Below are positions 1 to 12,683 of a stretch of 64,000 bases of DNA, in pieces. The stretch covers positions 3,410,001 to 3,474,000 of the forward strand of contig MU004181.1 in NCBI GenBank assembly GCA_010093605.1, in the 5' to 3' direction. The notes under the pieces were generated by a model. It was not told where the DNA came from. It did not search any database and saw only the letters and a list, made by a program, of their open reading frames with translations. Made by a program: the position numbers and the translations under genes. The first letter of the stretch is position 1. Every line of letters begins with the position of its first letter. Origin of the DNA: Lophium mytilinum. Lineage: Eukaryota.

Positions 1-772
1 GAGGCAGCCCAACGCTAGAGGAGCGCGCCATTGGTTGCCGGATCCGCCGGTGTAGTAGTAGAAGCCTACTCCGACGTACGATGAAACGAGGTATCCTATG
101 TTTATCATTGCTGCGTGGATGTTTGACAGTGCGCCGCGGTGGTAGGGCGGCACGAACTCAGTTATCCATAAGGGTATGGAGTTCATGAGCACGAGGTTTC
201 TGGTACTTACGTTAGCTCAATTTTGGTACCTATACTGGAGGCCATGTATGAAGGCAGGATTGGCCTACCCGAAGCCATTAGTGAATCGGAATACAATGCT
301 AGTTTATGTCAGTAAGGGCTGTAGGGTTCTAGCAGGAAGGTGACTGCATACAACATGGCGACATGCACCGAGCCAGCTTGCAAAGCAAGAGACAAGAGCA
401 CTATCACGCAGGCGGTGGCGATGGCAATCCGTCGGCCAAAGCGGTCAGCATACCAGGCGTTGAAGACGCAACCAAAGAAACCGCCAGCGTAGAAGAGGGA
501 GTTCATCGCTCCAATAATCTGAGATGCATTTTTGGCCGTTGCGAGACCCATGTACTCAAAGAACGAGGGTTGGCCTATTTTAGAATCAGCGATCAGACGC
601 TCTAAGTGAGCAAAAGGTAGAGGGTGAGAGTACCAAGGGTGGTAGCAATGATGGCAGCCGCATAACCCAACGACAGGCTGCCAAACGAGACTCCAGTCAC
701 TCTCCATACGGTGGATGCCTTGTAGTGACCGCGATGATCTTTACTGATATTAGTCTCGGCATTCGACTCCAT
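1..772 (-). CDS. MFS sugar porter family transporter, 5' part (runs off the left edge; introns)
   Basis: ATG at 772 (MESNAETN...GVSFGSLSLGYAAAIIATTLG). A GT-AG intron at ~633-575 is followed by QPSFFEYMGL...GAMNSLFYAGGFFG...ADRFGRR (sugar porter loop motif). Later exons give PLWITEFVPPYHRGALSNIH. Confidence 0.85.
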
Positions 773-1704
773 GGTTGAGTAGATGCAGGAGTTGCTTCCC
801 AGTGACCTGGTCGAGTGCTGCTGGTGGAGTACCGATTGGATCACAGGACTGTATAACTGCAGGTTCCAGATACTTGCATGCTTCTTGGGTGTCACTGGGG
901 TATATTGATCGACTCGGAACGAGGCCCCGCATAGCTTAACAATGCCCCGGAATTCAGTTATCTGGGGTATGGGGGTTGATCTGACGATCTTCCTCTGATG
1001 GGGTATGGCGACAGTCGGCAATCACGGAAAACATCCTTGAAAGCCGCGATCCCGGAATACGGGGCTGCAGTCACTTCTGACATTATTGATTGGATGTTGG
1101 AGATAAACTCTTTAAGGAGATTATAGCGTGGTCAAGGCGCTCTCGGAAATTGAATGTGTGATGAACGTTACCTACACAATAGTCAACTGTAGGAAGAGAA
1201 CCATGGACTCAAAGTCCTATTGCAAACATGGAAGTGCAGATCGACAAATGAGAAGAGATATCTTGATATGATCGTATCCAGCACAAAGGAGATTTTGAAG
1301 CGAGTAATATATCGGGTCGGAAGCAGCATTCTACGATATGCTGTTACATATTCAGACGTGCCAGACTGATGATATCGAGGATTCGCCAACACTTCGAAGG
1401 TGTTCGCCGTATTAGCGAAAGACCCCTGGACCTTCTGCTTACAGACCTAGACGCAAACCTAGTGCCTGATTTCCGGTCTTCGGTCCTGGGTAGGGAGGCC
1501 TAAGTCGAATTATTGTCTAAACGATCGTACTTCACAGTATTCTCGTTCTTGAGTCCAGGCGCAGAAACTATCTGGTCTAATGGAAAGGCGCATCGCGCAA
1601 AAATGGGTTAGGCTCATGTTAAAATTCAGACTCTGAAGGCTTGCCCATGTCGGGAGATGGTGAAACTGCTTTGCGGTTTCTGGGAGCTACATGCTAGCGC
1701 CACT

Positions 1705-2326
1705 TCACCACAAAGAGAGTTGTAAGTAAATCGTATCGATCCTGGACGTATTAGAGAAGGGTGACACTAGGCAATGTCAAAACATACCATCGATCGAACT
1801 TATGGCCGACCCTTTTCAGATGGCCCATTTGCTCGAATCCAAACTTCTCGTAATACTCTTTAAGGCCAAGGCCATTTTTCCCACTCTGTTCGTCAACAGC
1901 CATACAGGCGATTAGGTTCCTAACTCGAGCGTCTTCGTCCCTTGCAACAGTAACGAAATCAGCGTGGTCCTCGGGATGCTTCATTACTTCGATCAGCTTT
2001 CTTAGCAGAAGAGTGCCGGCCCCTTTGGCTCTGTGGTCTGGGTGGCAGAATAGAGATATTTCGACGGTGTGTCTATATCCACTCTTCCCAGTACGGAAGC
2101 CAGAGGCATATGCAAACCCGACAATGTCAGCTGTCACATTGTCGACGGCTACGATATAGGGCAGGCCTTGCGAGACCACTGCCCTGAACTTGGACAGAGC
2201 TTCGTCGTCGGTTGCGGGCGTGATTGTGAATGTGATCACGGTGTTGAGGACGTAGAAGGCGTGAATTGCGTTGATATGGGGGATATCGCCTTCCCCAGCG
2301 GCGCGTAACGCAACCTGAGGTGCCAT
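1705..2326 (-). CDS. GNAT N-acetyltransferase (YncA/phosphinothricin acetyltransferase-like)
   Basis: Motifs: INAIHAFYVLNTVITF, GYRHTVEISLFCHPDHRAKGAG (acetyl-CoA motif), YEKFGF...VGHKFDRW. A short intron near 1787 precedes a last exon IDTIYLQLSLW* ending at 1705. Confidence 0.85.
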
Positions 2327-2639
2327 TGGGGGAGATGAAGCGGTGCAGTCGACTGAGCTGGCACTTTGGCGACGACAGCTTCTAATTCATCGACTCATTG
2401 CTCGCAGGGTGGTGATGCAGGGCGCACAACATCTTCGTATCGCTCTCACGCATCGAGGAGCGGCTGTCAGCGGACCCAGCTTCGGCTCAACTTGCCCCCG
2501 AAGGCTACGCGCTTGAGGAGCTTTTTGGCACACGCCCTGGAGCAAGCATGTCTAGCACGGTGCGCGAGCTTCAAACCTTTTTTACTTCCCCTCCATCCCA
2601 CCCGCCCGCCATTCCTCAACCTCCTCATCCTCCTCCACC

Positions 2640-4448
2640 ATGCGTCACGCTCAGATATTCTCCGGGTCTTCGCATCCCTCCCTCGTCGACGGCATCTGCG
2701 ACCGTCTCGGCCAACGCCCAGGCAAGGCGGAGCTCAAGAAGTTCAGCAACGGCGAGACAAGCGTGCAGATCCGTGAGTCGCTCTCCTCCAATTGCTCCCA
2801 ACAACCACTCACAATACGTAGAAACGTCGATTCGAGATCAAGATGTGTTTATTGTGCAGAGTGGCAGCGAGAAGTAGGCTTTCCAGCCCGCCCCGCCGCC
2901 TCTTTATTGACTGTTCAGGATCAACGACAATGTCATGGAGCTGCTCATTATGATCTCTGCGTGCAAGGGCGGCTCTGCCAGGTCTATCACAGGTCAGCGG
3001 CTTCTCAGCTCCCATTTGTTCCGCGCTGACCTTCCGCAGCTGTCATGCCCTACTTCCCCTACTCGCGTCAATCCAAGAAGAAGACGCACAGAGGAGCCAT
3101 AACCGCCAGAATGGTTGCCAACCTACTCCACGTCGCCGGCGTCAACCATGTCATAACCATTGACCTCCACGCCAGCCAGATGCAGGGATTCTTCAAGTGC
3201 CCTGTCGATAATCTTGTGGCTGAACCCCTCCTTGCTCGCTGGGTCCGCGCGAACGTATCAAACTGGCAGGAGGCGGTAGTCGTGAGCAAGAACCCGGGTG
3301 GTACAAAGCGGGTCACGTCCTTCGCGGATGCTCTTCAGCTCAATTTCGGCATGGTCACTACCGACCGCCGCAGAACTCGTCCCATAACATTCAACGAGAG
3401 TGCCATCTTCGAACGCTTGGCGCTGGATGGCACATACGAGACAACGGGATTAGGCGAAGCTGCTCTGGACATCGAGGCGCAAATTCCGCCCCTAGAGCCC
3501 ACCGTCAGTAATTCTTCTGCTGATGCTGGTAAGGCACGAGCTACTAGAACAAGGGCGACGTCTGGATCACATGCCAGACGACTCGTGAATGGCAGCTTGG
3601 AGATACCCTCAAGCCCGTTGTCTAAGTCTACTCGCATCAATTCTATCTCTAACGAATCGCCTCCGCTCATGGCTATGCAACCAGATAAGACCAACGACTC
3701 AACGGGTGAACCAGATGAGGACATAGGCGCGGATACGGGCGATGAATACACCGACGAGGTATGCACATACCCATTAGAACTACGGTGCACCTACTGATCA
3801 AGCCAGCGTGCTCGTGATGTCATCCATGGCCGCTTAGTACAAGGTCATATCGTAGACGAAGAATACCCATCTCCTGCCATGTCTGCAGTGTCCAGCTCCA
3901 CGATGCACCGAAATCGACCACCATCAGACGGCGACGAAACGATACCCGAACACATGATGTCCTCATTCATGTCGACCGCCTCCTCGTTGCATCAAAATCA
4001 TAACTCGGACCACCCGCTAGGCGGTACTATAGACGCCAATGCTAGCGACGAGGAAGAGGAAGAAGACCTCAAAAATCCTGAATTGGAAACCATGGTAACC
4101 TTAGTAGGCAAGGTCAAGGATAGACCGGTCTTCATCATGGACGACATGATTGACAAAGCTGGATCATGGATAGCAGCTGCCGAGACAGTAGTCAAACGTG
4201 GTGGTGCAACCAAGGTTTACTGCATGGCCACCCATGGACTGTTTGGAGGTGATTCGCTGGCAGAATTGGAGGCCTGCGAATGCATTGATGCCGTTGTGGT
4301 CACCAACGCCTTCCCAATCCCTCCACACAAGGCCGTACAAACCCGCAAACTCATCATTCTGCCGGTTGATAATCTGCTCGCGGAATCCATACGTCGTAAC
4401 CATCATGGCGAGAGTATGTCCTCACTTTACGTCGGGCATTACGATTGA
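2640..4448 (+). CDS. PRS1: Ribose-phosphate pyrophosphokinase, Prs1-type with long internal insertion
   Basis: Motifs: MRHAQIFSGSSHP, KFSNGETSV, PYFPYSRQSKKKTHRGAITARMVANLL, DLHASQMQGFF, IMDDMIDKAGS, MATHGLF. About 4 GT-AG introns. A ~200-aa acidic/low-complexity insert is typical of fungal Prs1. Confidence 0.9.
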
Positions 4449-5198
4449 ATCGATAGCAAACGACCCGGATTACTTTGGTAAGTGTATAGTGCAGTCTTTC
4501 GATTTTGTCAGACAGTCTCAACGGTGCGGCGGCTTTACCACGATTATGGCAGTTTCAGCGTGGCGCTTTGGGTGGTTTTTGGCAGAGTCTCAGGCTCTTC
4601 CGGTTTTACGACTATTAAGCTTGGCTTAAAAAATTACGGACGCCCCACGGCATAGGCGTAGATGGATTTTATGACCGGAACGAAATCACCATGTACCAAA
4701 ACAGGTTTACGAGTAAGTAGCAGCTAAAAGCATTTCAAATCCTATGGCCTTCGTGGATTGCCTTCCAGATGGACTACATAGGTACTCTCCATAGCCATCT
4801 CTTTATTGGGCAACGGCAAGGTTGTCATTTCACCAGCGATGTGGGACCTTGGGTTCTACAGGAGTTCCATCTACGTCGGATGGCTTTCCTAACGGAGCGC
4901 TGGAAAATTGATGATGCTCCTCTAGTTCTCCTTTGGGGGAACAGGGAGTGGTCGAGAATAGAATGCGTGGCTTTCGCTGCGGGAAAACTTGCGTGGATGC
5001 TGTGCAAGAAAACTTCTCGGACATAAATTCCTGAGTAGCGAACTGCGGCTATCTCATATGTTCACTGTTTGTTTTAATCACGAAACATTATGCTAACCTA
5101 GTGGTGTCTGAATTTGGAATCTTTATGGGACTGTTTGTGAAGAACATCATTCCTTCTGTCGAAGATGGGTCATTCCAAGACTGTGATAAGAGGGGTCT

Positions 5199-5996
5199 CT
5201 ATTTTTTCATCATTGAAACCACGCCTGCCACGGCGGCTATCCCGCCTAATATCCAACCCCAAGCAACCAGCCCAGCCAACACCTGTCTCTTAGCAAACTC
5301 CTCAATAGCCTGCCCATCGTTCGAGTTTGGAAACTCGGTCTCTGGAACATCAACTCCGAGAGCATCGCACAGTGGGCCCCAGCCGTCTCTCACATCAAAG
5401 AACACCAGTTTCTCCTCGGGCACGACCTTTTTCAAGTACTCCATATGCCGGTCCCACACCCGTCTTCTATACAGATTGGCATCTCCGGGGCGACTGTACA
5501 GCTCTCCATAGCGTCCTGCCTGCAATGCATCCAGATACGCCGGGAAATGCCTCATGGTGGTCAACGGCAGCAAGACCACCCTCAAATACCACTGAAGTGC
5601 TTGCTGAGACGTCGCGCCGATACTCTTCGCCCACTCATCCGGATCGCGCACCGTGCATATCACTTTCGCGTCGGGGTATAGCTCTAGCAACTCCGGAACG
5701 AACTGCGCGCCTGGAGTGTCTGTCGTTGCGGCATAGCCATCCAGGGTGCTCTTTAACGTGCGCAGGACGAAGGCTCTGTCGGATAGAGAGCGGATAGGCG
5801 TGTGTTTCAGGATCTGGATCCAGGATGTGATGTGCGAAGGGGGCCCGAGGCAGGTTTGCGTCCCGCCATGGTAGACGGGTGCGTCGAGGAGGATCTCTAG
5901 GGCTTGGCTTAGAGATGCTGTGCCTGTGCGTGAGAGGCCGGCGCCGATGACTTGTAGTGAAGTGCCAGGGCGAGGCTGGGAGGCTTCTTGGCCCAT
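5199..5996 (-). CDS. P-loop sulfotransferase-like protein (often annotated NAD-dependent epimerase/dehydratase)
   Basis: Single 265-aa ORF with VIGAGLSRTGTASL, YPDAKVICTVRDPDEW and VPEEKLVFFDVRDGWGPLC..L...VP...FP..N. It has a C-terminal hydrophobic helix and an N-terminal MGQEAS. Confidence 0.8.
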   Translation of the reverse strand: MGQEASQPRPGTSLQVIGAGLSRTGTASLSQALEILLDAPVYHGGTQTCLGPPSHITSWIQILKHTPIRSLSDRAFVLRTLKSTLDGYAATTDTPGAQFVPELLELYPDAKVICTVRDPDEWAKSIGATSQQALQWYLRVVLLPLTTMRHFPAYLDALQAGRYGELYSRPGDANLYRRRVWDRHMEYLKKVVPEEKLVFFDVRDGWGPLCDALGVDVPETEFPNSNDGQAIEEFAKRQVLAGLVAWGWILGGIAAVAGVVSMMKK

Positions 5997-6464
5997 TCTT
6001 GGTTCAGATTCTTGAGGTTGACAGGTTGGGTTTTGGTGGGTGGATGTGGAATGGTGGAGCTGGCATGAGGTGCGCTTGTGTTTGGTTGCTGCTGTCCAGT
6101 CCTTCGCTTTTGACGTTGAAGTACTGTTGAGTGCTTACGTGTGTGCGGATTCACCAATACCCCGTTCGGGCACTATTTTAGCTTGGTGAGAGCTTGTTTG
6201 GGCGCCTTGGTTTCGATCAATTAGCTTCATGGCCCATTATCTCTCGTGAACTTAGATTGCTATGGCATACTTTACTGTCACGAATATATCGGTCGACCGG
6301 CCTTAGTTTCCATGATCTAGGATGATCTGAAGATAAACTTGCGAATACTTCTACTTCCGGTAACCGCTGTACTCCGTAAGACTCGGCTTCTCATTGGACC
6401 ATCCGATGTACGAAGTAAGCTCGAAGCGCTCCTTGAAACCCTAATCCACCCAAGAAACTTGTTG

Positions 6465-7100
6465 CGGACTGGATCCGGGCAGGCCGATTGCGTAGGCCGA
6501 TTGATCACGTGCTCTTGCAAACGAACTTAACCGAATCTTATGAACTTCACAAAATCATCACGGTCCATCACCATAGCCACAAATTGTGGGCTGCGCGTTG
6601 TTCGCGCGTCTTCCCCAGATTCTTGCTGTATCCTGCATCTCTTATATTGCAGCCAACTTCTTCCTATTAGCCTTTATATACCTTGCTGTGTAAACTTCTA
6701 TAAACTGTGTATACATCTAGGATAGATCCAGAAATAGAGCGTTAGAGGTGCCAGGGCCCCCGGAGGAGGTACAACAACAGGGGTGGCCCTCGCTAGCGAC
6801 GCCTATTGAAACTCCTACTTTCTTTACTCCCTTTAATTATTCTCAGATTCTAAGAGGCTAGAAACTCTCCCTTAACCCTGTCCTAGTCTATTACTACAAT
6901 ACAAACCCTAAATAACTGCTAAAGCGTAGATGTACTAGCAAGCGTGAACAGGAGCGTGCCTAAATAGCAATCCTATCCTCCGGATGGCCCCCGTACCGGA
7001 GTTTGCCGGATCTTGTGAAGTTCATAAGATTCGGTTAAGTTCGTTTGCAAGAGCACGTGATCAATCGGCCTACGCAATCGGCCTGCCCGGATCCAAACCG
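6465..7100. mobile_element. Non-autonomous Mutator-like (MULE) TIR element / MITE, 636 bp
   Basis: 6470-6552 is the exact reverse complement of 7013-7095 (83 bp; 88 bp with 2 mismatches). The 9-bp direct repeat AACTTGTTG flanks it at 6456-6464 and 7101-7109. Confidence 0.9.
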
Positions 7101-7535
7101 AACTTGTTGGGGCTATCAGCATATCTCGACCAGATGCACTCGCACATCAATCAGCTCATCCGATTAAAATCTTAAGCTGCCCTAGTGAGGCAGGTTGTCG
7201 TTCATACTTTGCCGCGTTCCCGCGAGTCTCGCGACGGATAAATTGCGGATTAATCGACGTACATGGATACGATTGGCTGGATCTTATTAAATACTGCACG
7301 ATTTTCAAATAGTTGGGATGTCTGCAATTTACCAGTCTGCGCGGCCCGGCGGCCAGATACAGAGGCTATTGTTACGCGTCGCGGCACTATCAAAAGCTTA
7401 AGATACACTGTAATTGCATACTTATATAGAAGGGTTTTAGGAGATACTGCCTTGAAGTCCAAAGATGTAGCTTTAAAGGATCCTCTCCGCTTATGAGTGG
7501 ATTGCGAATCGAGTAAAGTGCAAGCTTTGTCAAAT

Positions 7536-8970
7536 ATGCTCCGATTATTCGTTCGAATCAGTGCTCTATCTATCGCAGTAATCAGTCTATGTCTCCTAGC
7601 ACTCGTCTTTCGCGATCGACGCGTGGAAGGGGCCCATCCGCTCTCATTTGACAGGGCACCTCCATGCTCACCAAAGCAATCTAATTCAGAAGAAACGATG
7701 AAATCACTCTCATTGACGGAAGCACAATGCGCATGTATGTTTCCGCGATTGACTAGAGAGGTTGATCGAGCTGTTGGAAGAGGCAACTTTACTTTCGAAC
7801 GAGAGTCTGGTAACTACAAGGGAATGGTTCAAGGGAGGATCGAGAACGGAAATGTGGGTTCGGCCTGCCTCTATTGCGGCGAGATTAGTGGCTGACGGCA
7901 AAGTCTTCCAGCTTCATATCATCTCAGTCTCTAGAGAGTCTGCTGAGGAAGTCATCTGGGTATGCCACCTGGGTTGTAGATTGCTGTTTGGTATTGACAA
8001 CTTACCTTCCAGGAGAGAACAGCCGTGCTACACCAACTCCACAGAGCGTTACTCACGTCCCCAGAACCACTCCCAGATACGGTCTTCGCTCTCGTCGTGA
8101 ACGACAATCCAAAGAACAACTCCTGGTCTTTCGCTCGCCCGAGTAAGGAGCCGGTTGGTATGAACTATTGGCTTATGCCCCACTTTTCGTACTGGTCCTG
8201 GCCGTTACCCTTCGTCGGTATGATGAGCGACGTACTATCAAAGATCGCCTTTGTCGAAGAAACAATACCATGGGAGAGTAAGGTCGACAAAGCGGTGTGG
8301 CGCGGTACCCCATGGTTCAATCCAGCCGGAAGTCCCAATCTTCGACCTGGACTGCTTGAGGCTGCTGGAGGACAAAAACAGTGGGCGGATGTGCAGAGTC
8401 TGAAGTGGGAGAGTGGAGGAAAAGCGAAGAATGCTATTGCGATTGAGGACTTTTGCAAGTACAAGTACGTAATTTATGCCGAAGTGAGTTGTTGAACCAG
8501 TCTTCTGTGTGTAGTTTGAGCAAGCTGACGAGCAGGGCGTTACTTACTCTGGGAGGTTGCACTACCATCAAGCATGCGCTTCGGTACTTTTGACACCCAA
8601 GTTCAATTGGCTCCAGCATACCAGTCACCTCATACGTGCTGTCAACTCGTCTAGTCTACTGTCATCTGACAGCATTGACTACTCTCACGCAAATGCCGTC
8701 GAAGTATCCTCGGATTGGTCGGATCTTGAAGCCACCGTCATGTATCTACGAAATCATCAAGAAATCGCAAGAAGTATCGCACAAAGGCAAAGAGAAGTGA
8801 TGACCGAGCAAGGGCACTTGTCGCCGGCTGCGGAAACGTGTTATTGGAGGGCTCTAATAAGGGAATGGAGTAAGGTGGCTGTGGCGAGTGAGAGCGATGA
8901 TGGAAGAGGGTGGGGCAATGTGGAGGGGGCTAGATGGGAGACTTTTAGTTTGAATGGAAAAGTGGAGTAG
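7536..8970 (+). CDS. Glycosyltransferase family 90 (CAP10/DUF821-like)
   Basis: N-terminal signal anchor, then SLSLTEAQCACMFP, LHQLHRALLTSPEPLPDTVF, WLMPHFSYWSWP, WESKVDKAVWRG, IEDFCKYKYVIYAEG|VTYSGRL, DWSDLEAT and LSPAAETCYWRALI. About 3 introns. Confidence 0.85.
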
Positions 8971-9387
8971 GATATTTGAGTACAGTAGCTGTGTGCATAC
9001 GCAGTACGTCTCCACATTACCCGGGGCCCTTTTGAAAAAACAGTGAGCAGTGCTATCTTAGTTGTGTTACAAGCGCAGTGTTTGTTCGTCTGAGAATGCT
9101 TTCATGACCTGAAGACGTGGATTAAGAGTATTAGTAGATGAGTACAAAGGGTAATGTACATGTATCTATGCACGGATGCCTGCGAATCTGGAGAATCCCG
9201 GCAGCCCCTGTCTCGGACCCTGCGGATAGTCTTCCCCACACATGTTACCCCTGCCCGCTCTGCCACTCGGAATCTCCATGACGAAAAGATCCCGAGCCGG
9301 CTCTGTAACCTCACCGTGCCTCATCTCTCCCACTTAATACCTACTACCTCTAGCGCTACCTCATCACAAGTGTTGGAGCTCGAAATC

Positions 9388-11222
9388 ATGCGACGCGGAC
9401 AGCGAGAAGCAAGTGTGGATGATCAGGATGGCAGGGCGGACTCGGAAAGGCAAAGGCGGGAGAGGAAACGCGCACAGAACCGGCGCTCGCAGCAATGCTT
9501 TAGAGAGCGACAGGGTATAGCTCTATACTTTCTTAGATGATAATGGCCTTATTCTAACCTATTGCTCTAGCTGCTCGGATCCAAGAGTTGACAGACATGG
9601 TAGAAGAGCTGAAGAAACAGCCCAACACTTCATCCAATAATGACGGACAGAACCGCGTTGATTTACTGAAGGTTAATATGGTTCTGCCAAAAGGGAGGGA
9701 GTGAGCTAATCAGGATGCTTTCTACAGGAGAATCAAGAACTAAGACAAGCGCTGCTGAGCATGCGGAAGAGTCTACTTAGTTTATCGTCGGCTGCCGCTT
9801 TTAGTGCTGGTAGGCCCCCTCGCCTTTGAAATCAACTTCAAGAACAAATGCTGATATTTCTCGTTCGGAAAGACTCGGACGTACTCAAACGCATACTTAA
9901 CAAGCCGGGAGGACACAAAATCGATAACCCCGACGCCGATTCGCCGCAAACCGAGGGTACCGAGGACATACCTTTTGCGCCACTGGAAACCAACGCTTCA
10001 AAAAACCAGATTACGACCAACGTCTTTCAAGATCCACTGCCAGGGAACTTTGAAGTAACAGGAGATACTGCACAAGCATTTGATGCTTTCCTCAACAATG
10101 ACAGGTTCTTCGAAGAGATGAATTTAGTCGCATCGAGCAGGCATACGGGGAATGTTGGTGCGAACAAGCGAAACGATCCAACCGGCATGAATAACCCGTC
10201 CTCCGGGTTTTCAGCAGATAGCCTTTACAACCTCATATCCGGCCATCAGGGCCCTATCATCGAATCTAACTTCCTCCACAACATGTTAGCACAACCGGAA
10301 GTGGCAACCCCCGGACCGCAAGCCAAGGGACGCACACATGGGAGTTCACTCATTACTCTTGAGGCGGTTATAGAGGAGGTTCTCTCTACGATGAAGTTCC
10401 ATGCGATAAGAGATCGACTCGAGATTCCACGTACAACGCTATCTCTTTCCCCAGAGGAGATTGAGCTCTTTGACAGTCACACGCGCACCGGCGTTACTTC
10501 TCTTGCAGTGCGGGCTTTCTTGAAAAGCACTCATCTAGGCGGATATACTCGTGTAATGGTAAGTTACTATCACTAAATTTGAATGATCTCCGCGTCAAGT
10601 GTAGCTACTGATTGGCCTCCTCAGGGATTTACGGGTCTCGTGGAAAATATCATGCAATGGCGAATGGCACCGACTAGCGAGAACCGGGCCAAAATACCTC
10701 CTCCATTCACTCCTACCGTGCTTCAGCAACGTTTCACCGATCACCATCCGGCTATAGATTTCTTGACATGGGGAGACCTTCGAGACCAGCTACTGCTTTA
10801 CGTCAATCTGAGTTGCGTCGACCTCAACAAACTTCTTTACGACTCTGTCCGATGCGTCGTGCGGGAGTTTCACCACCTCCAGGTTGCGGTTCCGGTGCTA
10901 GATACGGTTGCCTATATAGCAACTACACATAGCGCTGTCTCAACTAAGGCGACAGCAGTAACGAATGAAATCTATGGCCCTGGCTACGGGCTCAAGGATG
11001 AAAGACTTATGGAGACGGTGGTCGACCGAATTCATAAGCATGGCTTTGACAAGCTCGAAGAACGCAAGCTTTCTCCCACCTTTGGGGTGGCCTATCCATT
11101 CTTGGATATCTCGAACAGTAAGGCTCCTCCACGCATCCGAGTGGCACTTGCTTACAATGTACCGTGTAGCTGTCACCAAGATGCCTGTGGTGGATTATAG
11201 ATCTATCCAAAGCTGCTTTTGA
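9388..11222 (+). CDS. bZIP transcription factor with C-terminal DUF3425-like domain
   Basis: Basic region RRERKRAQNRRSQQCFRERQ, then a spliced zipper (ARIQELTDMVEELKK...ENQELRQALL). C-terminal PTVLQQ..HHPAIDFLTWGDLRDQLL. Several introns, boundaries approximate. Confidence 0.75.
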
Positions 11223-12683
11223 GGCCCTGAAGATGTGTACTTTGGATGTCCAAGGTTGATATGGCCGCGGCGAAGCACAACTGTCCGAGAAGGAGCTTGC
11301 GGAGCCCTGACCTATGCGCATGGACGATCGATGAGCTCGATGCTGTAAACCTTATCTAAATTGGGCATGCTTCCATCGGCACTGCAAGCTAGCGGATCTC
11401 GATATCGGATCTCAGTGTTGGCCTGTGCTCACGGAGCCAATTTAGGCATCGTTGGGGTGCTTGGGGCGCCACGATCCGGGAGATCTTCGCTCACAGTCGC
11501 TGTTCCCGAGACGTGCTCCGATCCGGTCGTCGAAGTTTAGAAGCAGCGCACGTTTTGGAGGCGCAGTACTTTGTTGCAGAACACGAACACGAGCACGGGT
11601 CGTGGCGGTTTGGTGCGTTGTGGCTGGACGAGAGCGCGAAGGAACGGCAGGGAGAAGTGCAGCTCTAGATCAAGCCACGAGGCTTGGAAAGACTGTAGAC
11701 ACGCGCTAAGAAAGTCTGTGCCATCACTGTCAATTCTTTTCACGTTGGAATATCGAGCGGTATTAAATACTTGAGAGAGCATACTTGAGTAGTAGATGAA
11801 GCATCCAAGAGCTCTCGGAGCTATATTTATACCCTGTAGCGAGAAAAGTTTCGAAGTGTTGCACTCGGTCTAGTTCTGAAATGCCTTTCCGGTCTTTGGC
11901 GCTACGGGAGAACTCACGCCAGTGGCTGTCACATCGCTGCCGGCCGCAGACAGCCCGTCGATATGGAGCGGGAGTGAACTGATGCTTTTCGCTAAGCACA
12001 ACAAGGGCATGATAAGCTTCCTCTAGCTCTCGCTGTCCTGGGGCTGATCGGCAGGCTAAGCTCGTCACCACCCGCGCTGTCGGTGTCCAATTGTTGCGCG
12101 AGCGGCCATGGAATGTGCTCCTTCGTGCTCACTGCACGTCTGGGATTCTCCTCCTTCATGGCTGCTGCAGTCTGACATCGGCATATGGCTGCCGGTCGGG
12201 GATAACACCATCACGAGCACCCCATCTGCGCAAGCGCTGCCTCAACGAGCGTGCAAGCGCAGGGGTTGAGACCGAGGAGGGTTGCCAAGTGCAGCGCTGT
12301 GCGTCTCGGATGATGGCAATCCGGCGCCACACAACAAGCTTAACTTAGGCCCCCGAATGGTGGTCCGACAGGTGCAGTTCCAGGTCGATCGCATGCCTCG
12401 TTCGGGCCGCCTGCTCCACTGTAGCGGGGCCCTCCCAGCGCTTCTTCAGTCCCTCTGCTGCCGCTTTCAGGAAGGCCCTCCACTGTGCCACGTTTCTATG
12501 CGCGCTTCATCCATCGCTCCTCTGCCAAGAGCAAAGCTTACATTTGACCTGGACCCCGGAAATCGCGCTATGATGTGAGCCTTAGTCCATAAATCTGAGA
12601 GCTCCCCATCGCCCAGCCTGTGCTTTGCATTCGCTCCCGTCTCTTCCGCCCTCCCCTTCACCCACTCCCTCTCTCTACCTGCC

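Noticed and set aside
3370..4090. Long acidic insertion in the PRPP synthetase
   Set aside because: This is the known non-homologous region of fungal Prs1-type subunits.
11452..12600. Many short overlapping ORFs between the bZIP and GDPD genes
   Set aside because: No recognisable motifs or consistent exon structure; expected by chance in GC-balanced DNA.
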